From Callorhinchus milii (taxonomy: Eukaryota): a stretch of DNA of 64,000 bases. The stretch lies in assembly GCF_018977255.1 (NCBI RefSeq), contig NW_024704743.1, forward strand, positions 39,930,001 to 39,994,000, in the 5' to 3' direction. The notes beneath the pieces were generated by a model. That model made no database searches, was not told where the DNA came from, and was given only the letters and a program-made list of their open reading frames with translations. Of the stretch, positions 12,096 through 26,183 are shown in pieces. How positions within the stretch are numbered: the stretch's first letter is position 1; each line of letters starts with the position of its first letter. A program made the translations under genes and the position numbers.

Positions 12096-14326
12096 TGGTT
12101 TTATTATCTCTGGTCTCAGACTGGCAGTGCTGGATCCTTCCCCATTTATATTGATGAATGAATCTGGTAACTGCATAAAAAGTGCACATATGAACCTGCA
12201 GATTTTCTTTTATGTCTGGGGAAAGTTTGTACAGATGGCATTGCCAAAGAAAGACTCCTGACCTGGAGTGATAGGTTCCCACCCATGGTTAGATTGTCAG
12301 CATAGCCATTAACCTCTCTGTCAATACCCCCTAAGGCAACTTCATTCAGAGTCTGTTGCTGTCACTCAGGCAGGGATTGCTACCAGATGCAATGCTATAT
12401 TAGAAAAAACAGGCTATGAACTTAATATTATAGGAAGACATGTCCAAAGAAAGAATGGAGAAGCGAGCAGCGGGAAGCTCTACTTCCACATTACAAAGAG
12501 GCAGCTAATTGATCACCAACAGATGTTAAAATGCTGGGAAACCATGTAAAGTACTATAATATTTTAAACTAAGGTCATTTCAAATGAGGATTACAAATGC
12601 AAGCATTTAAAAGACAAATAAGATTTTTATCGATTTTCCTTGCATTGATATTTCTCAACTTCTGACAGTTTCATTATTTCTGTTCATTAAAAGGATTTTT
12701 TAATAAGTAATGACATACGTGGCAAGAAATGTAAAATTACCATATCAGGTGTTCAACGTCTATTTCCTTGATATACATTATCATTATGTCACTGCAGTGG
12801 ATGAAGACAACATATTTGTTAGGATTGTCAATGTCACAAAAGTCTCACAGACAAAGACTAGGTGAAATTTTAGGTTTGCTGTGGATCTGTGTCAGCCACA
12901 GGAATGGCTACATGGATAATGAGAAAGGGCAAATAGCATCCAAACATTATTGATTTATACAAAATTGTTGCTTGGATTTTTAAAAACTTTTGGTAAATAA
13001 TCGATATACTATAAAGGCTGCAATAACCTAAAACAGTGTGTAAATGAATATATGGAGATACAATAACCTCTAGTTTACCAATTTGAAGCACTTAGTAAGG
13101 TTCATATACTTATACACAGAGGATAGTTAAGATGTGCTTTACCACAAATGGATGTTGAATCTAAATTCATTCCAGTATTTGAAAGTCAATTCATATCCAA
13201 GCAAAACAATATTAAAGAGAAAGAGTAGGGGAATGGGATTAGAATAAATAGTTCTAAGGAGGAACTAGCATCAGCAAAGACTTGATGGGCTCTTTTTGTG
13301 TTGTAAACCAGGACTATTAGCATTACTGCAGCTCACATTCAATGAAATACCTAATTTCATAAATTAAAATATGTTCATACTCTAATTATTCCAATAGCAA
13401 TGTTTATTATGCAGAAATAGTGTTCATCGAAACAGACTTATTGCTGAACAATGCAAACCTCTTTTGTCCACGTTCTACTCCTTTTTGTACTTGGTTTTCT
13501 ACCTGTAAATGCAATATTGTATTATTTTACCCACTGAAGTATGGGATTGTATTGAACTTTCATTTCAGAGTAGATATTAGTGTTCAGTAACTCTGTTGTT
13601 CAGGCAGGATATGATCAGTTGAAAAGAGAAGTCAGAAAATACCAACCAATTGCTCTGGATGAGAGCAATACTGTTGAAATAGGTGAGACCCTTTCAAGTG
13701 TAGAGTGTACAATACTACAAATTCACATTTGTGACAAAAATGAATTGAATTAAATTTATTTGAAATATGTAGCTGATTGAAAAATTCCCAGATACATATG
13801 CAAAGTGAATTTAGAGAATATAATACTGCAACCTATGCTAAAATCCCAGTGACATTTGGTAAGGCTGTTTTCCTACCATTAAAAAAAATTCACATATCAC
13901 CATAAACACTATAATTTGATCCAATTAACTGGTGAGCTGTGGACCAGGATTACTTTATTGTGTGTGTTTCAGACAGCTTGAAGGCCACCATTGATTCATG
14001 ATTTATAATTTATGAAGCATTCAATAAGATGCTGAAGAATGGCCCGAAATTGGCAGGCTGCATAAACTGGATGGGGAGTACAATGAGGAACATGTTTCTT
14101 TTACTTAAAAGTCAGTTTTGCACGCTGATGTTCACATCTTCCTCTACACAGAAATCATTTTGCTCAAGGAGTCACATGTCAAACTACTGTTGTCATGGTC
14201 TTAAAGGTGGGTATTGAATAAGTAAACACAGAAGAGCATTACTAAAAAGGATTTGTAGGACTGAAAACAACATTTGTACACTTTGAGAAAATTGCTCCAT
14301 GAACAAAAGTTCACGCTTACTAAATT

Positions 14327-14530
14327 TAAGAACATAAGAACATAAGAATTAGGAGCAGGAGTAGGCCATTCGGCCCCTCAAGCCTGCCCCGCCATTTGAT
14401 ACGATTATGGCTAATCTTCAGACCTAACTCTAATTACCTACCCTATCGCCATATCCCCTAATCCCTCTATTTTTTAAAAATCTATCAGTCTCAGCCTTGA
14501 AGATGTTCAAGGACTGAGCATCTACAGCCA
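14327..14530 (-). mobile_element. CR1 LINE 3' end (young, heavily 5'-truncated)
   Basis: (aagaacat)n tail plus aggagcaggagtaggccattcggcccctc; near-identical to 21250-21440; taaatt on both flanks (possible TSD). Confidence 0.88.
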
Positions 14531-15152
14531 TAAATTGACAATCTAGGGGAAATGTTGCTTCCTCTTCAAAATCACAGCTTCTGAAAGATGCCCTGAAGAA
14601 AAGTTGTTTTGAGACTAGACTGGATTGTCTGCTTCAAGAAAAGCAGCTCTTCAAAATGCCTTATCCCAGAAATTGAATTTCTGAAAGTGGTAACCTTATT
14701 GTAAGAAAGTTCCGAAAAGATGTTTGAATCTCAGTGAGCAAGTGGGAGAATTTCTCCCAAAATCTGCAGAATTGTTTGATAGCAAATATCTATGTTGTGA
14801 TCTTCGTGTGGCTCTCTACACAGTAATGTATTGGGAAGCAGAGTTAGTGCAGTCAAGCTTGGACATGTTGACAGCATGAATTAGGGTCTCAGCGGCGAGA
14901 GGTGGGGAAAGCTGAACTGGTCAGAGCACAAATGTAAGGTTTAAAGGACAATTGAGAGTTGAACAAGACCCTGAGGTCCACACAAGTTCCATGAGGTGGA
15001 GTTTTGAGGCTGTGGTGAAAAGGCACTTATGGGAGCAAAGCAGGAGAGCCCCTGCCTTGTCAACGATCATCAAAATCATTATTGATCCCATAAAACTATG
15101 TATAATTTTTCTGAGGTTTCACCTCCTATTCATAGCTACTGTACAGGAGATT

Positions 15153-15463
15153 ATAATAATAATCCTTGCATTTGATATAGCACTTTTCATGTCTTCTAGA
15201 TGTCTCAAAGCGCTTCACAGAATATGCTGCAAAGTGAATTGACCGTATATTTGTGGGCAAAACGCAGCAGCCAATTGCGCACAGCAGTGTCCCACAAACA
15301 GTCGTGGATTGAAAATGACCAGTTTATTATTGTTTTGTTTTGGAGGGATTATTATTAGACGTGTGGAGTAAGGAAACTTGCCCATGGTTTCGCCCTGCCT
15401 GGAATTGAACCCAAGTTTCTGGCTTGCAAGGCGAGTGCTCTAACCACTGAGCTACAGGACTCC
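15153..15463 (-). mobile_element. Full-length tRNA-derived DeuSINE-type SINE (short subfamily)
   Basis: Same head, Deu-like core and ATT tail as 2120-2440. Confidence 0.92.
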
Positions 15464-16189
15464 ATTGATGTGATAGTAGAGGTTTGGGGATGTGTTATAT
15501 GTTATGCAGGATAAGGAACCATGACTCTAGAGTGTAAAATCCAGATAGAATAGTGCATGCTCATAAGCAATGCTCACTTACTGGTTTCCAGGCAAGATGG
15601 ATGTCTTTGTTTCCAGGTTTTAAAAACACATGTGTGGATACCAGATACTGTGAACTTATTGACCTCTCTAACTATCCTGTTAGAGAGCCCCTCACATACC
15701 AGGCTATGATTGTCTGTACCTCTTCCCACTTGCTGGATGGGTGTATGGCAGATATTTAACTGAATCAGTGCAAACATTGCCAGTAAACTCTTTCAGCATT
15801 TGTCTACCAGAAATTTGGTTCTGATATATTTAACCTTACTCTCTGAATTAACTTTTCAATAAATTCATAACGGGTATATACTCCGAATTAAGGTAAAGCA
15901 ACACACGTAAGTGACAAAGAAATGATATATATCACATACAAAGTAATAAATACATAGTCAAAAATTACTTAATCAAAGCAAATAAATATTCCATGTTGCA
16001 GGTTACAAATGGCATGAATAACATTTTAGTAGTTTGAATTGAGAATCTGAATCTGTTGAAATGATCAAAGTCAAAGACAATACTTTGTTGTGGAAATAAT
16101 CCCCTATTATCCCCTATTATCTGATCATGACAGACAGTCAGACAACAATGCATTAACTTTAGGGTGATGACAATTATTGCCTCACAATT

Positions 16190-16262
16190 AGATATTTATA
16201 ATTGTAATATTATAATATTTATAATTGGAATATTTATAATTTATATTTATAATTTATAATAT
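16190..16262. repeat. AT-rich degenerate tandem repeat (tatttataatt units)
   Basis: Repeated tatttataat motif. Confidence 0.7.
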
Positions 16263-17730
16263 ACTAAAGTTAGTACAAGTTGTTCTTGAACCTCCATGGA
16301 AAACAACTGTGTTTTTTTCATTCCCCTTCCAAAGCAACATTCCTTACAGTTCACTGTGTTTATGCAGCTTGTGGTAAATCCATCAATATTAAACTGGTGC
16401 CTTTAAATTAATTCTGAACTCATAAATATGAACATTTAATGGAATGGCTTTACAGATTATATGCAAATTTGTGAAAGTTGTGATCAATTACAAATCTATG
16501 CACATCAAGGAGCTATAATGTTACTCGCTGCCAAAATGATCATGAAAATCAATGAGCTTTTTTCTGGACCTCTGAGGTTGATTCCTGAGCTTTGGCTGTA
16601 TTGAGATGGTTATTCCATCTAAGGCATTGTTCTTTGATATAAATGGATTTAGGGTTAGGATTATGATTCTCCAAACGTTGAGGAGGCTACTATTAAGCTT
16701 AACAAAATGTTCTAACGTGGCATTCCAGCTCCTATTAACCACCCCAGCACTAAAATATTTAGCGGTATGACTCAGTAGATGATATTAAACTTGGTGCTGT
16801 AGAACTAACCTTAAGGTGCAAATCCTGGAATGTCCAGTGCCTTGAGATAGCCTCTCAAAATCAAAGGTGCTATATAAATGTAAAGTCGTTGTTGTTGTAG
16901 AATGAGTCAGGTTCAATTTAAACAACACATTGATATCAGTTAAATTAAAAAGGCCATAACCCAGCTTATTCTTTTAACTAAATTGTACGAAGGCCCTGTA
17001 GGTCAGCTGAAAACAAAGTAATGCCAGTCAAATCTAAATTACAAAGAACTAACATTACAAAAATAAGAAAGTCTTTCAGGATTGCACTTAAGATACAAAG
17101 TTGACAATTCTCTTCTTTGTGATGTAGTTAGAGTGCAATTTGTTATTTAAATTCAGCATCCTACAAATGCCTGGAACATCCAGGCAATCTCATGGCTTGT
17201 CTTATCACCATCCCAGATATTCATGTATTAATAATTATATTTGTGTATTAGATGAGAAAGTTCATATGCTCTGAAATAAAACTACCCAATATCTAAGGCC
17301 AGGGAAATTATTAAATTCCGAATAAGTATATTTTTGCATGAGGCAACAACAGAATGTCGGAATCGAGCCAGCCCTCTGCAGCGGTATTGGTAGCTTGGTT
17401 CCTAAGGCAGGTGGGTCCACAGTATTCCAGGGCACTGTTGATGACAGCACAGCCAGAGTAGTACTTGGAAGGGCAGACCAGTTACTGGTGGTAGGGAATC
17501 ATCGCACATTTTTTTAACCATGTAAGCCAAAGCACTAACGGACACAGTGGTTTTAGCAGTGGGAAAGCTTGCTGGACAGTGATATCAATGGCAAGCTATG
17601 CGGTTTTAGCTGGTTAGACTCCAGCAGTAGCTCAACACACATGCTCTTGCCAACATGCACTGAATACAGGATGATCAAAAAGTTATATCTACCCTATTAT
17701 CATCTACAAATAACCTTAAAATATCATGGA

Positions 17731-18047
17731 GTGGAGTCCTGTAGCTCAGTGGTTAGAGCACTCGCTTTGCAAGTGAGAGACCTGAGTTCAATTCCAGGCA
17801 GGGCGAAACCTTGGGCAAGTTTCCTTACTCCACGCGCCTAATAATAATCCCTCCAAAAACTAAAAACAATAATTAAATTGGTCATTTTCAATCTACGACT
17901 GTTTGTGGGACATTGCTGTGCGCAATTCGCCCACAAATATACAGTCAATTCACTTTACAGTGTGTTCTGTGAAGCACTTTGGGACGTCCTCCCGACGTGA
18001 AAAGTGCTATATCAAATACAAGGATTATTATTATTATTATATTATTA
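17731..18047 (+). mobile_element. Full-length tRNA-derived DeuSINE-type SINE (short subfamily; small deletion in the Deu core)
   Basis: gtggagtcctgtagctcagtgg...; gcgcaattcgcccac lacks ggctgccgcgtt; (ATT)n tail. Confidence 0.92.
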
Positions 18048-18724
18048 TCATAATTTCTTTAAGACTTATGGTAAGGGTATCACAACTTTTTGGTCACACT
18101 GTAATTTCAAAAATTAGGTAAGCAGGATGTATCCCTCCAGGGAGGGAGTGAACATTCTATTCCAATAATCTCTCTCTGGGATTTCCATGTGTAGATGGGA
18201 TGTATAGAAATCTCAGTTTGGTTTGGATACTTTTAAACATGGAGCTGGGTTTCCTTATGTGTCAGGCACCCGTTCAACCAAAAATGTATGGTTTCTAGGG
18301 TTAAATCTTGTTTCCATCCTGAAATGATCATCCCAATTTGCAATAATATTTAATACTCTGTGGTATGGCTTTTCAAATCACATGTCGAAAGACTTGAATA
18401 GTTGTTTACTTGTTAACAAACCAGACTAATCATTAATTTTCATCATGACTTAGCCTTGCAATGTTAAGAAAAAAAAACTGCCTTAATTTTGTGAAAGGTT
18501 TTCTTTTGTTATCTTTGTTTGAAACCACTTAAGTATCAATCGATGCATATGGATTGCCAGGTTACACATCACCAGAACAAAAAACCATTGGATCCATTAA
18601 ACTGTCTGCTAGAAACAACTGATGAAAGGAAAAAATGAAAAGGAGTCAAAAGTTGACATTATGTAACTTAACATTTAATTCAGTATTTGAAAGATTCTCC
18701 TCTATCTTTTTCTATAAAGCTTTA

Positions 18725-19389
18725 CTTTATAAGCAATTAGGAGGGCTAATGTCACGTTGGCGTTTATTTCGAAAGAGGTAGAATGCAAGAGTAGGGAAGT
18801 CTTGCTGTAACTGTATAGGGCCTTGGTGAGACCGCACCTAGAATATTGTGTGCAGTTTTGGTCTCCTTATTTAAGAAAGGACATACTCGCCTTAGAAGGG
18901 ATACAGCATAGATTTACTAGATTAGTTCCTGGGATGAGGGGTTGACCTATGAGGCTAGGTTGAGTAAACTAGAATATAGAAGAATTAGGGGTGATCTTAT
19001 AGAAACATATAAGATTCTTATGGAGCTTGACAGAGTAGACAGTGTGAGACTGTTTCCCCTGGTAGGAGAATCTATAACTAGGGGTCATATTCTCAAGATT
19101 AAGGGGCAGCCTTTTCGAACAGAGTTGAGGAAACACTTCTTCCCTCAGGGCGTAGTGAATTTATGGAATTCTCTACCCCAGAAGGCTGTGGATGCTCAGT
19201 CCTTGAACATCTTCAAGACTGAGATTGATAGATTTCTAAAGGATAGAGGGATTAAGGGATATGGGGATAAGGTGGGCAGATGGAGTTAGGTTAGAAAATC
19301 AGCCATGATTTTATTGAATGGGGGACAGGCTTGAGGGGCCGAATGGCCTACACCTGCTCCTAATTCCTATGCTCCTATGTTCCTATGTT
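18725..19389 (+). mobile_element. CR1 LINE 3' fragment
   Basis: [22 protein letters not shown] 18942..19289 RRIRGDLIETYKI...VVNLWNSLP; (cctatgtt)n tail. Confidence 0.92.
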
Positions 19390-21249
19390 ATCAAAAATAC
19401 TGCTCAGAAACAGGCCATTTGGCCCATCCAGATAATGATTTATTTCACAATCTTTACCCTAGAAACATAAAAGGTTACGGCACAGAAGGAAGTCATTAAG
19501 AATTTCAAATCTGCAGTGTAGTACTTCTTCATATGAGTTACCTCTTGTTATAATGGAATGGATAGAATCTAAATTTATTTTCTTTATGTAGCATTTCCGA
19601 GAGTCCAGAATTTGGTAAATAGATAAACACTGACTTAATTTTGTAGTCAGGTTTCTGTAAATTTCTTTCAACTACTAAAGAAAAATGACTTATTAAGACT
19701 GAATTCAGTCATTCTGGTTGGTCAAAAATGTTGAATAAATAGAGTAAATCTAGACCCAGGTAGAATTTTTCGCCAGTCGGACACTAACCATCAGCATTCC
19801 CCTCTGTGGAATTACTTACGTTTCAGCAGTGTTAAGTCATATGCTGTGCTATTTTAGTCTGTGGTTCTTTCCATCGTTGATATATTCATATGAGAATAGA
19901 CCTGTGTAATACCTTGTGCACTAAAAGAGAACCTTCCTCCGCATTCACCTACAAAATACACAGTCAATACACTTTCCAGGAAATCCCATGAGGTGCTTTG
20001 AGACGTTCTCCTGGCCTGAAATGCACTAAATCAAATGCATGTGTTACTATTTTAGGATTATTGTAAATGTTGCAGTTATATCTGCATTTAGAATAACGTA
20101 TTAATACAATGCACCAAACTGAATGCTTTTGTCGCTTGGATTTGAAATGGAGATTTGCCTGGTATGAATGTTTGGTTAATTTCAAAGGTTTAAGTATGGT
20201 GTATAATTTGAGTTAACTGGATCACTTCTCCAATAAATGCCTCAAATAATGTCAATGTTAATAATTTACTACATTAGTAACCAATATGATCTGGTGTTAC
20301 TACTGAAAGTAACCACAACAGCAGGACTGAATTTTTCACGACTGTAAAATTGGAAATTGAAATTAAATATTGAGAGGAAATTGAACACTGTATTTGAAGA
20401 CAGTAAGCTTACTAAAGATATTAGCCAAAATATCCTTTGCTATTTTGAATGCAGATGAAATTACCAGTAGTTGGCTTTTAAAAAAATGAATCCTGCATTT
20501 TCCTGTATGCTTCTGTGTGCAAACATATGGTGTGTGTGAAAAGTAGTCACAAAAGCACACAATGTTCAAGCTCCCTGATGCATAAATACACTTGAAGTTA
20601 ATTGTCCATTTTCTGGTCCTAAAATATATGCCAGTAAATACAATACTGTCAAAGTGCTGACGTGTCAATTGGGAGTATTCTTTTCAAGATGTTTGGTTCA
20701 ATCACCCAGTTTTCCAGACCATCTGAACAGTTATATCAGGCTTCAGTCCAAACCAAAGGCACTAACTCTAGAAAAGGCCATGAAGACAAGATCTTGTCCA
20801 ATTGCAATTGCCCATTCAGTCTAACAGCTGTGGCAAGAGATGAAAGCTAAAAAGCAATTAAGTCAAGATCATGTCCAATTGCTCTGACGCAGGGGATGAT
20901 AGGCGACAAACTACCAAGATTTGTCACAGGTAAGAGGCATTGCTTTCTGAATTGTAATAGTCAGAATCTGAAGTTACTGTCCTACTCTTGAACTTTCGGA
21001 TAATTGTTCTCAATGAGAATAATCACCAACTTCACCGGAGAATGTTTTGATTTGCAGTTTCATCCCTTGCTGCAGAATGTATCATTACAGTATGATGCTG
21101 TTCCGACCTGCCACTTCTTTCTCCTCTTCCAGGACTCATCCTGTCATAGAGCAACTAATGGTTCATACTGTCACATCTCCCAGAAGAAGCAAATTATCCA
21201 TCTTAAAAGCACTCCCATTGAAACTGGACATATGTGAAGGAATTCGATT

Positions 21250-22052
21250 AAGAACATAAGAATTAGGAGCAGGAGTAGGACATTCGGCCCCTCGAGCCTG
21301 CCCCACCATTTGATAAGATCATGACCTAACTTCAGACCTAACTCTAATTACCTGCCCTATCCCCATATCCCCTAATCCCTCTATTTTTTAAAAATCTATT
21401 AGTCTCAGCCTTGAAGATATTCAAGGACTGAGCATCTACAGCCTTCTGAGGTAGTGAATTCCATACATTCACTACTCTCTGAGTGAAGAAATGTTTCCTC
21501 AACTCTGTTCTAAAAGGCTGACCCTTAATTTTAAGGCTGTGACCCCTGGTTATAGATTTTCCTACCAGGGGAAACAGACCCTCAGTGTCTACTGTATCCA
21601 GCCCTTTAAGAATCTTATATGTTTCAATAAGATCTCCCCTAATTCTTCTGTACTCTAGAGAATATAGTCCTAGTTTATTCAGTCTATCCTCATAGGTCAG
21701 TCCCCTCATCCCAAGAACTAACCTAGTGAACATGCATTCACCTTCTTAGTTGCTTGCTGCACCTGCAAGCTAACTTTTTGAGACTGGTGTGCAAGGACAC
21801 CCAAATCTCTCTGCACACTAACACTATCTAATCTCTCCCCCTCTAGAAAATAATCTGTTTTTCTGTTTTTTCTACCTAGGTGAATAACTTCACACTTCCC
21901 CACATTAAATTCCATCTGCCACCTACTCGCCCACTCCCCTAGCCTATCTATATCCCGTTGCAATCTTTTTACATCATCCTCAGAGCTTACTCTCCCACCT
22001 AGTTTAGTGTCATCCGCGAATTTAGATATGTTACATTCAATGTCCTCGTCTA
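21250..22052 (-). mobile_element. CR1 LINE 3' fragment with internal deletion near 21730
   Basis: ORFs 21718..22164 (SKFADDTKLGG, WQMEFNVGKC) and 21344..21733; aagaacat tail. Confidence 0.93.
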
Positions 22053-23481
22053 ATGTAACTTTTGAAATCTTTATATGTGCAATTTTATTGGTGAATGTTT
22101 TCAATGTGAAATTCCTATGCTCTTGGTATTCATGTACTGTTAACTTCTCATTGGGCTGTGCCATAACTAGGCTGAAATTCTGGTCGTCATACTGATGACA
22201 GATGCCAGTAGAATTTCCCCATTATAACTCTCATAGTCAAAGATACTATTCATAATGCTGACCAGAAATTCATCCCGACTAATGATGAGGAGAAAATAAT
22301 TGTTAATGATGCCAAATGGGAAAGCTGTTGCATCGAGTGAGTTATTAAATTCAGGCAGATTTTCTATTCACGACAATACAATATAAATTTACATTTATAC
22401 ACAAGGAGGATGTATGAAAGTGGTGGGCACGTGAGCTGGGGTGGGGGCTGATGGGGGTGGAGAGGTGGGGAGGGGAAAGATGACCAAAAGTGTGGTCAAA
22501 CAAGTAGGTCTTTAGATGGACCTTGAACGAGTTGAGGAAAGAAACAAATCAGAGGGACTCTGGGATCGAGTTTCAGAGTGTCGGGGTAGAAAGACCAATG
22601 ATGAGGTAGATAGGATTGGGGACATGAAGCAGATCAGTGCTCACTGAGCAAAGGGAGCAGCTCAGTGGATAACACTTGAGGAGGCCGCAGTGCAACAAAA
22701 ATATTGAATCCACTGCAACACATAAAATAAATAGCGATTGCTTTAGGCAAGTGGCTGGTTCAAGTGACCAGCAAAGTGGAATTATTCATGTTGAAGATTC
22801 ATTAAATAAGATGAACTAAGAATAAAATAAACTAAGATTTACCAAATGCATTTAAGTAAATTCCCCTTTAATACAATAATTCAAGCTAATTTCTTTACAG
22901 GTTTTAAAATGTAATTTCTATATCGAACAATTTTTGCACAAGTTCCAGTTATTAAAATGCAGATCAATAATAATATTGTTATTAAAATGCAAATGTTTAT
23001 CATCCTTCCTAAGAATGTCTCAATTTTCACTTTATAAACACCAATAGTTGGTGAAAGCCTTTGACAAGATCAAATAATCGTGTATAAGTGATTTGCAATC
23101 CAGCACGGCTTCCTTCAATGGACTCAGCTTCTCCACTGTACAGCGAGCTTGCTCCTGTGGTTGTGTAATTTCTCACCTTTTCTGAACTGCATAGTGCAAC
23201 AAGACTGTTGCAACACTGCTGTCTGTCTCCCATTTCACCGTCTTCTTTATGCTTGGGCTAAAGCTAAGTCGTGCTCATATCACAGCCTCTCCAAGGATTG
23301 AGAAGATCTGGGTTGTTAAGAACACCATTTGGCAGGTGCTGCATTTTGTTTCCAATCTGTGTTGTAAAGCCCTATCATTTGGCTCTTTCCTTTAACTCAA
23401 CAATATTCTGGAGAAGCCTGATGCCAATATCAAGATTGATCAAATTGTCATTATTATGGTGAGTGATGGACAGAGATAGAA

Positions 23482-23856
23482 TGGAGTCCTGTAGCTCAGT
23501 GGCTAGAGCACTCGCCTCGCAAGCGAGAGACCCGGGTTCTATTCCTGGCAGGGCCAAATGTTGGGCAAGTTTCCTTACCCTGTTTACCTAGCGGTAAGTA
23601 GGAACCAGGTTGTTAGTTGATTGGCAGATCACTTTTTCAGGGATAATAATCCTTCACAAAAAAAAACAATAATAATTTGGTCACTCAATCCACGACTGTT
23701 TGTGGGACACTGCTGTGCACAATTGGCTGCCGCATTTCGCCCACAAATATACAGTCAATTCGCTTTACAGTATAGTCTGTGAAACGCTTTGAGACATCTA
23801 GAAGACGTGAAAAGCGCAATATCAAATGCAAGGATTATTATTATTATAATTATTAT
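23482..23856 (+). mobile_element. Full-length tRNA-derived DeuSINE-type SINE (long subfamily)
   Basis: Same head and tail as the short subfamily, plus an extra segment gtttacctagcggtaagtaggaaccaggttgttagttgattggcagatc. Confidence 0.92.
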
Positions 23857-24644
23857 ATTTGTTTTTAGACTTTCTCCTCGCTCTCCTCTAACGAAGGTGA
23901 TTCATTTTGTGGCAGGAGTATCAGCCCTTTCTCTTCTTTGGTTTCACTTCAATATGCTATTCTTCATATTTGAGTACAATCAATGGGGTTGAAAAAATGT
24001 TCATAAAGAAAACTGAAGCCAATTTCCTGCATGTGTGGAGTTCATGCAGAAAACACACTTTGATTCCAGGGGCTCTTTTCGCTGAAAAGTGCCATTTGCA
24101 TTGCTTGTTTTCTTGAATAACGTTTTGCAACCCAAATGGATCTCGGCAGGTAAAGTCACAGCGAAGTCCAATTCTGTACCCGATGACACCTACTTAAAAC
24201 ACTTTCCACTAAACAATGAAGGTGGGGGGTGGGGGGATTGCTGTTGAGAGAAGATGTTAGAGATTACAAGCAGGAAACATGAATCAATTTTCACCTCATT
24301 TGCCCTTGAGATTGAGGCCAAATTTACAGCCCATTTCACTACCCTGGCTGAGTTGCTCACTCAGCACAAAATGAGGGAATTGAACCAATAATAGTGCCAT
24401 AGGGAGAGCCCTACAGGAAAACACAAACAGAGTGATACCTCACTCTCTGTTATTCCAAAACATGTTCTTGCTTGCCTGCTTACATCCTTCCTTCTTTTCT
24501 TTGTAGAAATGCATTATCATTCATTTTTCTCTTCTGGTCCTTAAGGCTAAAGGACTCCTTTAGTACCTTATTAAATATTATTATTTTTCTTCAAATAAGA
24601 GTTACACAGTAATTGTCAGCTATCTACATAATAGGGTTACTTAT

Positions 24645-24925
24645 AGTAATCCTTGCATTTGATAGAGAGCCTTTCACAACATTGAAATGTTTCATTGAAA
24701 TGTTTCAAAGCGCTTTACAGGATGTACTTTAAATTGTATTTTGTGGGTGCTATAAGGCAGACAGTTGCGCGCAGCAATGTCCCACATTGAGTGAACAATT
24801 ATTTTTATTTGGAGGGTAATCAGCCGGGACACCGGGAGAAACTCTTTTCTTTTTGAATAGTGCCATGGCATATTTAACATCCACCTGAACAGGCAGATGG
24901 GACCTCGGGTTAATGTCTCATCTGA
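24645..24925 (-). mobile_element. Older DeuSINE-like fragment downstream of CDH18
   Basis: SINE tail plus gcgcagcaatgtcccaca, gacaccgggagaaact and ttaacatccacctgaacaggcagatggg. Confidence 0.7.
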
Positions 24926-25370
24926 AATATATTTATACTTGCTGCTTGATAACAGGTGCCAGTGAGATAACCAGTCATCCCACAAAGTGGTCGTCCCATG
25001 CTGGGATCCATCAGCGAGTGCGCAGAAGGAAAACAATTTGAAGTCAATCTTTCTTTTCTATGTTTACAAGACATTGCACATGCTTTTCTTTGTGACAGCA
25101 TTGCACAGATCACTCTACAGTGTGGTCTCAAATGATATTAATCCCCTAGAAACTGAGTACTGCCCAGTGGAGTACATTATAGAGCAGGGATCAGTATGAC
25201 ATTACAGAGCTATTACAAGTGCACTATGCTCATCATCTATAATGCATTTCCTGTATACAAAATAGAAACTGCTGTATACTTGATTTTGCTCATTTCTGCA
25301 TTTGAAAAATACCAATAATGTCTACAATTTAAAAAAAAATAGTGATCATGATGTTTCACAACACTACAGT

Positions 25371-25517
25371 TTTATTTCTGGATCTTCCCATATTCTTACT
25401 ATATCAAAATATGAAACCAAACAACCTATTCTTAATCTATGTCACAGTCTCCTATTACGGATCAGTGGACTTTATTAAACAATAAAAAATATACACCAGG
25501 GAAAATATTTGTTTATT
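25371..25517 (-). promoter_or_regulatory. Candidate polyadenylation signals of CDH18 (AATAAA on the minus strand at 25512-25517, 25471-25476, 25371-25376)
   Basis: Three TTTATT hexamers on the plus strand 176-322 bp downstream of the stop codon; which is used cannot be determined from sequence. Confidence 0.5.
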
Positions 25518-25692
25518 CTTTTATATTTTCAAAATGCTTTCTTTTCATTTGCTTGATGAACCCATGTTTCAAAATATTAAAAGGGCACTTGTCGCTACAG
25601 TAAAATTGTGTAACAATTGTAGCTTTCAAAACAAAAATCAGCTTGATTTTTTGTTTGTTTTACATACAAGTGTATCAGTATGGTTGTTGAAA

Positions 25693-26183
25693 CTAAGTGG
25701 TTCTTTCAGAGTCCTCTTCTCCATACAGTTCAGCCAGCTTTTTGAACTGAGGTCCCCAGTCACCAAGGTAATTATAATCCTGTTCAGAGTGTGCGGTGAC
25801 TGAATCTAAAGAACTTATCGAACCTGCAACTGATCCATAACCTTCATATGCATATGTCTGGAGAGAGTCATATGGAGGAACGCTTTGATCAAGGTCAGCC
25901 TCCTGCAGTTTTTGCTTAATAAACTCATGAATGTCGGAACTGTTCACGATTGATGGTGGTCTGTGTCTGGGCATGGGTTGCACGTCTGGCCTGACATCTC
26001 TCCGATACCTCACTTCCTCAGCCGCTGCAGGGTTTCTGAGGGCTGTGATGTCAAATGCCTCGGTGTCCTCCTCCCCTCCTCCCTCGTCATCATATGTCAC
26101 AACGTTCTCTCTGATGTCTTCTTCGGAAATAATAAGAGGTTCTTTCTTACCTCGCTTCAGGGTGATGAACAGGACCACAATAG
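25693..26183 (-). CDS. CDH18: Cadherin-18 last coding exon (491 bp incl. TAG; end of TM and cytoplasmic catenin-binding tail ending [14 protein letters not shown])
   Basis: ORF 25693..26256; acceptor ctcacag|CT; p120-binding [10 protein letters not shown] and beta-catenin-binding [13 protein letters not shown] motifs; [11 protein letters not shown] and C-terminal SERTT match CDH18. Confidence 0.96.

Noticed and set aside
11590..12282. 230-aa minus-strand ORF
   Set aside because: A chance fusion of unique sequence, antisense CR1 and the Penelope terminus, with no coherent domain
17731..17805. tRNA-Ala-like sequences (TGC/CGC anticodon loop, A and B boxes) here and in the other SINE heads
   Set aside because: No proper acceptor stem or terminator, and each continues into the SINE body and ATT tail; these are SINE heads, not tRNA genes
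20787..20882. 19-bp direct repeat caagatc(t/a)tgtccaattgc
   Set aside because: Only two copies, with no array or element structure; not CRISPR-like
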